A stretch of DNA of 61,671 nucleotides, the filler included, from Choristocarpus tenellus KU-1152 (taxonomy: Eukaryota > Protista > Phaeophyceae), in assembly GCA_964200185.2 (NCBI GenBank). It is 11 parts of 11 records of this genome, joined end to end, with 100 filler letters (N's around TTAATTAATTAA, not from the genome) between each part and the next. Parts side by side here need not be neighbours in the genome. Positions count along the whole stretch, not along the records: positions 46,702 to 54,247 come from CAXNAD020005982.1; positions 54,348 to 58,202 come from CAXNAD020017553.1; positions 58,303 to 61,671 come from CAXNAD020020485.1; 8 more parts are not named here. One strand, 5' to 3'. The notes under the pieces were generated by a model, which saw only the letters and a program-made list of their open reading frames with translations, had not been told where the DNA came from and searched no databases. A program made the translations under genes and the position numbers. The stretch's first letter is position 1. The number at the start of each line of letters is the position of its first letter. Of the stretch, positions 54,223-61,671 are shown piece by piece.

Positions 54223-54380
54223 GACCCAAAGTATCTGGGAGGGGGGGNNNNNNNNNNNNNNNNNNNNNNNNNNNNNNNNNNNNNNNNNNNNTTAATTAAT
54301 TAANNNNNNNNNNNNNNNNNNNNNNNNNNNNNNNNNNNNNNNNNNNNGTATAGACCCCCCCCCTCCAGATACTTTGGGTC
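54223..54380. mobile_element. MITE family B ends on both sides of a linker
   Basis: GACCCAAAGTATCTGGGAGGGG before the gap and CCAGATACTTTGGGTC after it. These are the same end type in opposite orientation. Confidence 0.8.
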
Positions 54381-56414
54381 CCCATGACATGCCGATATTT
54401 GTCGTTCGTTGACAGGAAACCTTCAAGTCTGTATTGCGACAATATATATGTTTTTTTAGGACAGTGGATGTTTTTGCTTTGCACTTTTGACATGATGTGA
54501 TGACACAACGGCATGACATTAAAGCTGTACTAAGACCCACCAAAGAAAGAGGTCACCAATGTGAAAACTTGGTCAAATTATATTAAACCTTCTTCATTGA
54601 GGTTGCAGTGTCACCCATATTCCCTGAATGGCTAGGGCCCACAGTCTTACGTAAGGTTTTCTAGTTTAGAATATAAAACTCCTGCCCTTCCCTGTCGGCG
54701 GTAAGAAATAATCCAAAGTCAACCACAAAATAATCAGATGTATGGAGGCAGTAGTATTGTCCAGTAATTATCTCATAGTGTAGTAGATGTGCTCAGGATC
54801 ACGAACCCAGTAAAAAAAAACACCTGAAAAAAAACAGTACGAATTATTCTTGATCAAGTGAAACCATCTAAGACGGGGGTCCATTTTGACCGTTTTGAAT
54901 TGGCTAGAAGTCGATATTAGCTGGGAATCCATTATTGTTGGTCAAAGTGGCCTCTGTCGTACTTAAAATACATCTACCATAAAGAAGTCATTGGGGCTCT
55001 TGAAAGTCAATGGCGCCCGACTCTGGGATGGTATGCAGATACAATAACAAACAAGAATAATGTACTTAGAAATATATTAGAAAAAGAAAGTAAATACTCA
55101 AAATAGTTAGAAGCATGGTCAAGGAAAACCAAGCAAAATGAATTCTTTGTTCGTAGTAGTATTTCTAGTGTCTTCACTTTAGTTTGGGGACTATCCCAAT
55201 CCATGATCAGAGGTGCTACACACTGCATCATATACTTCTCGTATGAACTACTGTAACTAACTGTTGTACTACCTCTATTTGTGACTTGCTTCTGGGGCAC
55301 GGGGTTCAGTCATCCCATCACTCGTTGCTCCAACTCCTCCCTCAGATTTGTGCTGAACCCGCTTGATTGTTAGTCTGCAATAATCCTAGTCACCTCATTC
55401 TTGGTATGGCGTTTAGGTGGTATGAAGAGAGGTCGGATAGTACAGGTAGGCAGGCATACATTCCTTGATGCTTGCTAGGTAGACTTTGGATAATCGAACC
55501 AGATTTGCAAGTACAGAAGTCTCACATTGATAGGGTTCGGGCTTGGGAAATTAGTGGAGAGAGTTCCCTCCTTGTATAACCAGTCACAGGGACGCACTAC
55601 CATCCAGTAGGTGGAGATAGGACTCGACTTCATTCATATATATATATATATTGAACAGCACAACCTCGAACCATTTAATGAAACACACAAATAATTCACA
55701 ACACTTGAATTATGCTTGTAAATCTCTTGTATGTCGTCCAATCAAGTATTTGCATAGAAATGACTTTTCATGCAACAGAACTGGCATTGAGCGAGGGTGA
55801 AATGTTGGGATTGCGTGTATCCAGACAATGTTATTGACGATAGGCAGAAATAATTTCTGCGTATTGGGGCAATGCACATGGACCGTGAATACATCATAGG
55901 TACAATTACAATTATAACCTCTGAGGTGTGATCTCTATATTCTATGTTCACAGGTGAACGAGGTCTCGGCCAAGTCTATATCTCACAGTAAATTCAATAA
56001 TATAAAGACCGATTGATACTGGGGACTCAGAACAATCAAGGTCTTCTAAGGGCAAAGTAAGGGTAAGGAAATATCCGTTGAGCTTCGTGAATTCAGGCTC
56101 ATGTGGTTGTCTGTTCAGAATATAAGGTTTCAAGTGGGACAAGTGGACGGAAATGTCTATGATGTCACCCCGTTTTATGACACAGTAGACTACAAGGAAA
56201 TCTTGGCGTTCAATGTGAAAGGTCCGTCCCAGGGGTGAATCAAATTAGAGTTAGGTCCATCACTGTTAGTGTGTGGGTGGTGTATGAAGACTTGAGCTCC
56301 AGCTTGAAATATGAGGGAAGGAAGAATTAAGTTTTTAGCAATTCGTTTAGCATTCCGTTCTCCCAGATTGCGATGGACTAATTCAAAAGCTAACTGTAGA
56401 TTCTCAGCTGTTGA

Positions 56415-56593
56415 GGCTCAAAGTATCTGGGGGGGGGGTGGCGGCTGTCCATTTGGGGCCTATTTTTTCATGTCGCGATTTTTGGGTGATTTGGTTCCTT
56501 ACGTTGGATAGACAATGAAAGTGCACTTTTCCTAGTTTGGGGTTAAATGGACACTCTGGTGTAGACACCCCCCCTCCCCAGATACTTTGGATC
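56415..56593 (+). mobile_element. MITE family B, complete
   Basis: GGCTCAAAGTATCTGGGG ... CCAGATACTTTGGATC; TSD TGA (3 bp). Confidence 0.9.
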
Positions 56594-56612
56594 TGATTGA
56601 GTAAACTCTAGG

Positions 56613-58135
56613 CTAGGTTGGGCTGCTGTTGATTTGGATAGGCCAAAAATTGCATATATGGGCAAGGTTGGACGACGTCCAAAAAGCAGGGGAGAAGATC
56701 TTATTGTAATGTGTTATTGTACACCATATATGAGCAAGTTGAAGGTATAGAACAATAGGAGCGCAATTATTATCTGGTATGTTATTGTACATTAATAAAT
56801 TTTGATGCAGAGTGGAATGAGCATGCTCTATAACAGCGTTACCCTGTGATCTATAGGGTGTGGTTTTAGTTTTATGGTACCCAAACACTTTAATTCCAGA
56901 ACAAGTATATTTAAAATTCTTAACCCTGGTCAGGGTGAAGAATTTCAGGTGCACCAAATACTGAATATACCTTTTCAAACAAAGTTTTGGCAATGGTTAC
57001 TTCTTGTGTATCTGGAATGGGTACGAGGAAAGGAACGAGGAAAGGAAATCGTGTCAACTGGCATTAGCTGAAATAAATAATTATCAGCATCCCTTTGAAA
57101 TGGTCTTATACTGCAAAATACCGACAGCAACCCATTCAAATGGGCGAGCGGTGGGAATTTGTCCTTGAGGCAAGGTAGGACGCCTGTGACAATAGTTGAC
57201 ATATCCCACATCAATCTCTGACATCTTTCTGAAACATGGACCATCAGTATCAGTCTAGTATCTTGTCCTGTGTGTGGAAAAGGACTGAGGTGACCTCCCG
57301 AAGCAGGATGTTCGTAACAGGCATGCAAGACCAGGGATTTAATGCTTCTGGAACCACAAATTGACTCCCAAGAGCATGGTGTTTGCATATATGGCCTGGG
57401 AACTATGTCGGCAGAGCAATTTGTTTTTAACATTAACATAAATATTACTGGTACATGTAGATTCCCGTTGGAGGTAAAGGTGCTCAGTTGGGGGCCTCTA
57501 AATACGCGAAATTAGGGAAAATGTACTAATTTGTGCTGAACAATTTTTAATGAGGTCCAAAGTCGGGAAGATATTATTCACTGAACTACTGAAAAGTTCA
57601 CAAACACCCTGTATAACGTTATGTGCTTGGCGTGGGGCTGGAGTATTCATAAAAACGGGGGAAAGAGTTGCCAGCATTCGGTTGATCTCACTCACAAAGA
57701 ACGGAGAGAGGGCATCGCGCACAATATTGTCTCTGTATGGTTTAAGATGAACAATAAAATCTAAGCATTAGAGAGCAAAGGCCCAACGTGTCAGCATATT
57801 ATTTGTATATTGCATGTTAAAAAACATCGGGCTGTCGCATGGTCAGTGAATAGGTCAAATGTCCACCCCAGGGATATGTACGGCAGTCGTTAAAACCGTA
57901 GATTATCGCCAAACATCCTTTGTATGTGGCCGAGTAATTTTGTTGGGCTCTATCAATTTTTTTACTGAAATAGGCTACAATATGCAACAAAATCTTAATT
58001 GGATCGTCTAGCGCTCTTGGAGCTAGTAACCACTGCTGCCCAAACCTAATACATCAATATGTACTACAAAAGGTCTGGTAAAATCAGGGTAGCGTAAGGA
58101 AGGGCTGAGGTCTACCCAGTTTTAACTTAGTAAAT
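56613..58135 (-). pseudogene. Decayed Ty3/gypsy pol (RNase H then integrase)
   Basis: LRYPDFTRPFVVH and AQQNYSATYKGCLAII (RNase H), then CYEHPASGGHLS (integrase zinc finger) and TTPYRSQGNAVIEHAHSTL (integrase core). The domain order is gypsy-type and the region is frameshifted. Confidence 0.8.
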
Positions 58136-58202
58136 AACAGCCGATTTCAAAAATTGAGGATGGAGCTTTTCATTGAGGATGGGCTTGACCCAAAATTGAC
58201 TG
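58136..58202. repeat. Repeat terminus identical (reverse complement) to window positions 2-68
   Basis: AACAGCCGATTTCAAAAATTGAGGATGGAGCTTTTCATTGAGGATGGGCTTGACCCAAAATTGACTG. Confidence 0.85.
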
Positions 58203-58341
58203 NNNNNNNNNNNNNNNNNNNNNNNNNNNNNNNNNNNNNNNNNNNNTTAATTAATTAANNNNNNNNNNNNNNNNNNNNNNNNNNNNNNNNNNNNNNNNNN
58301 NNAAGGGTGTATAGTGTCTGCGCAGCAAGGGAGAGTGTTCG

Positions 58342-58485
58342 TAGATAGTGCTGCTGATACATGTAGACGCCACCGGTGGATAATATATTAGGATGGAGAG
58401 CCAGTGACAGATATATAGTATGTACTGACTCTCCATCCTAATGTATTATCCACCGGTGGTGTCTACGTGTCCGCAGCACTATCTA
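58342..58485. repeat. 144-bp near-perfect inverted repeat (fold-back hairpin)
   Basis: Arms 58342-58405 and 58424-58485 with an 18-nt spacer, about 5 substitutions and a 2-nt bulge. Confidence 0.92.
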
Positions 58486-59149
58486 ATAACAGGCTGTCGG
58501 TTACGGTGTGTTTTCCCACTGTTAGGATGAGGAATTGAAAAAAAGACTATGGACTGTTGCGAGGTTTTGTATTTTCGTTCATTTGCTTGTATGGGTCGTG
58601 TCTGGTATGTACACAAAGAGGACTGTCGGATTGCGCATATCCACCCTCGACACTCTATGGATTAATCATTATTACATGTCCATCCTGGACCAAAAAACCC
58701 GCAACATAACGCTACGTATACATGGTGCAACCGACGTGACAACAGGTCAGAGACTAGGACAGGTGAGGATGTCTACGCCAACTTCAGGCAGACATTCGAA
58801 CTGGAGGAGATGTCAGGACCAATACCCTATCTGTTGACATTCGTGAAGTGGAGACCGTTCTACATCACAAACGCCACGCCAAGGTGTGTGCGGAAATAGC
58901 CTTTTCGAGTTTTAGGACACACGCTGCATTGATACTCGAGTAAGTCAATGTTTCCTAACCACCATAGGGTACCCAGTCACATACTGCATCATCCGTGTCC
59001 ACACACAAGGGATGCTAACCCACCGTATCCCTCCCTCCACTCTTCCACGCAACAAAGAACGTGCGTTTGCATGCACCACATGACCACCGACCTCCAGGTT
59101 CAGTGTCGAAGAGAGAACTGAAAGAAAGTACATGCGAGGATGATCTTTG

Positions 59150-59408
59150 GAGTCAAAGTATCTTAGAGGGTATTGCCGCGTCCATTTGGGGGCCAGAATC
59201 CAATGTTGCGATTTCCATGTTATTTTATCTGTCATATTTGTTAGGAAGTGTCAGTATCCTTGTTCTGGACACACCATTTCATAACATATACATATTACCT
59301 ACTCCGAAAACATTTTGGAGTAGGCAAAATATCATAAAAACCCATGGGAAGCCAAGCCCCAAATGGACAAACAGGGCAAAACTCGTACGCTCTAAGATAT
59401 TTTCACTC
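59150..59408 (+). mobile_element. MITE family A inserted in transposase coding sequence
   Basis: Both TIRs present; TSD TTG (3 bp). Removing it restores the reading frame. Confidence 0.92.
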
Positions 59409-60193
59409 TTGGCGACGATGGACAACGCACTTGTGCATGCACATGCGCATTCTGTGACAAAGGCAAAGGATGCGGCTCTGAAAAAGTGGAGGCCGCACTC
59501 GAAAATGGTGCTCATTTAATGGCCCTCCTTCTGTAAGTTTCTATGTCAGACCACACCCACAACGTGGCGAATGTGTGAGCACGACAAGCTGGAATGGTAT
59601 CCAAAATAACGAACCCACTGTAGATACACACCAACGTACTCGCCCTCAAACCATTTCACTACGTCCTCTAAATATGTGGCAGCGACAGCCGGACTCCACT
59701 AGTGACGTTTGGTCCCCTACTCAAACCTCTACACTGACAACAAAAACCGCTCTTGGACTAATCGAGACAAAACAGGTGTGAGAGGACCGTGCTGGAGCCC
59801 CCTCGCGAACCACCCTCTGGCGGTTCCTTGGGCAGTTTCAAACATTCTTGTGTCAACGGTACATGTGACAGGTGTGACTGGAAATGTCATCCGATGTGGG
59901 AAGTGCCGTTGTATGTTGGACTCTCACAGCACCTGTGTCACATGGAACGATTGTTTTGTCCACGCGTACACCCCGGTGGTGGAGGCGGACCTGCAATGAA
60001 AGACTTGCCAGGAGATAAAGGTGTGCCTTATCCAAACACTCACCAACCAATTACTCACCAACCAATTAGATTTGGAAGACGAACCTGTCTGGTTCCACCC
60101 TCACATCGGGTCCAGGACCGATACAGCAACCTACCCTACCAATCCACCATATCCCCATGTTCACATCCAGACCACACACCCATGCTGCAATAA

Positions 60194-60454
60194 GAGTGAA
60201 AGTGTCTTAGAGGGTACGAGGTTTGCCCTATTTGTCCATTTAAGGCTTGGCTTCCCACTGTTTTTTTTTTACATTTTCCATACATGAAAATGGTTTGGAG
60301 CAGGTAAAATGTTTACGTTATGAAGAGGTGTGTCCGAAACAAGGATATATTGACACTTCCTAACAAACAGGAGAGCCAAAATTACATCAAAATCGAAAAA
60401 TTGGATTTTGGCCTCCAAACGGACGCGGCTCTACCCTCTAAGATACTTTGACTC
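60194..60454 (-). mobile_element. MITE family A inside the transposase locus
   Basis: Both TIRs present; TSD ATAA (4 bp). Confidence 0.92.
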
Positions 60455-61671
60455 ATAAACCTCTATGTCCGTCTACACTGCCACAGAGGCGCTGTCCTCT
60501 AGACTTGACATCGCCAGCCCCAGCAGGACCACCAAAGATGAGATGATCCAGATGATGAAGGCAAAATATGCAGAGCTGAGGGCGGACAATCTCATGACCG
60601 ACGATTTGATTATCGCTAAGTGCATGGTGGGCAAGTCCGCCCCCGACTTCAGGAGGAACAGGACCGAGGAGAACGATGACGAAGACGCCACAGGGTCTAC
60701 GGACAAGCACAGCCGGAGGCGAAAGGTGAGCGACAGTCTCCTTCGACTAATAGTTACAGTGTACATTAAATGTGTCACGGCGTATTCGTCAAAAAACGAG
60801 CAGATACTCCCTCCCACAGCACCGAACATAATCGATTACACCACAATAAAGCCTGAATCACCACGACCTATCACCAGCAACAACACTCGAAACGCGACCA
60901 CCTGGCCCATTCGATACAGGTGCTGTGTTCCCAAGGACGGAGGGATTCTCTACACTCCTGAAAGTCATATTTGCAAACTTCGACAAGATTTTCTTCCTTC
61001 ATCACAACACCAACATTTGGCAGGCGCAACAATACAAAGACTGCAAATCCCATCTCCCCAAAGGACATGCCGCCATTTCCATGGACTTCAGCGCCCACCT
61101 GCAACACAACCACCAAGACTTGACACAACAAGAGAATTCTTCAATTTATTCCTTACGGCACTTCCGACCATTGTCTGGTGGTTGAGGGGTTTCAGAGAAG
61201 AGGGAAATCTTGGGAAGGGAAGGGTTTGGGCTCACAGCATAACGGTGTGCAGTGAAGACTGAAGCCAAGACAACGAGGTTGTCCAGAACGCCGCAGAGAT
61301 GTTTGTGAAAGACCACCTAATACCTCTAGCCAGTGAGTACGGACAGACCTTAGAGGTCCTCCACATCTGGTCCGATGGCTGCAGAAGTCAGTTCAAGAAC
61401 AGATGGCAGATGTGGCGGGTTTCTCAGTCTTTAGCGCGGATGGGAATTTCCGTAGTACATAACTTCTTTGCCTCCTGTCACGGCAAGTCCTTGTCTGATG
61501 GAGTCGGTCGGGGCTGTGGTGAAGTCTGCTGCCAGGAGACTGGAACTACACGAGGTGCGCATGCCAGGAACCTCATCCCTAGTGGATACAATCAAGGCAA
61601 CCAAACCTCAATACACCTTGAGGGATCCGACACCAGAGGAAGAGTGGTGCTACCACAAAAGTCATAAGGTT

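Larger units (their letters stand above)
58700..61671 (+). pseudogene. Sola2-like DDD transposase, intron-containing, inactivated by stops, a frameshift and two MITE-A insertions; runs off the window
   Basis: Motifs occur in the expected order: VYANF...FVKWRPFYI, RTCVCMHH, Cys-rich CACTCAFC and CVNGTCDRC, FLHHNTNIWQ...L...ISMDFS (61081), ITVCSED, LHIWSDGCRSQFKNR (D at 61374) and HNFFASCHGKSLSDGVG (D at 61497). In-frame TGA at about 59119 and at 61260; frameshift near 61135. Confidence 0.78.

Noticed and set aside
55011-55028. TGGCGCCCGACTCTGGGA as a primer-binding site
   Set aside because: It is PBS-like and follows ...TCA, but no matching LTR or same-strand gag/pol could be shown.
60465-61262. 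265-aa ORF as a standalone gene
   Set aside because: It runs through a probable intron and across different frames of the transposase pseudogene. Only parts of it are in the transposase frame.

Overview
Eukaryotic, intron-rich, repeat-dense nuclear DNA from a draft assembly. Eleven contigs are joined by ten artificial 100-bp linkers (N44-TTAATTAATTAA-N44). Gene content points to an ochrophyte, probably a brown-alga-like stramenopile; this is inferred from a bipartite plastid-type presequence and the sulfotransferase and SMC3 sequences. I reconstructed spliced genes by hand, all on the minus strand: a 4-exon atypical thioredoxin (FCRAC), a 6-exon F-box/ankyrin protein, a sulfotransferase, the 3' end of SMC3, an EF-hand protein and a SAP-like-motif protein fragment. 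Most of the rest is mobile DNA: an LTR element with both 408-bp LTRs, PBS, PPT and a TACA target-site duplication (TSD); solo LTRs; and gypsy, copia and LINE relics. The most striking signal is a DNA-transposon system. A decayed, intron-containing Sola2-like DDD transposase (58.7-61.7 kb) occurs together with a swarm of short non-autonomous TIR elements: 15 copies of family A, about 12 pieces of family B and a few older relatives. Families A and B share a G-R-N-N-N-AAAGTATCT terminus and make mixed 3- or 4-bp TSDs; family A has also nested inside itself and inserted twice into the transposase gene. No rRNA, tRNA or CRISPR array was seen. All calls come from manual motif reading; no database searches were run.
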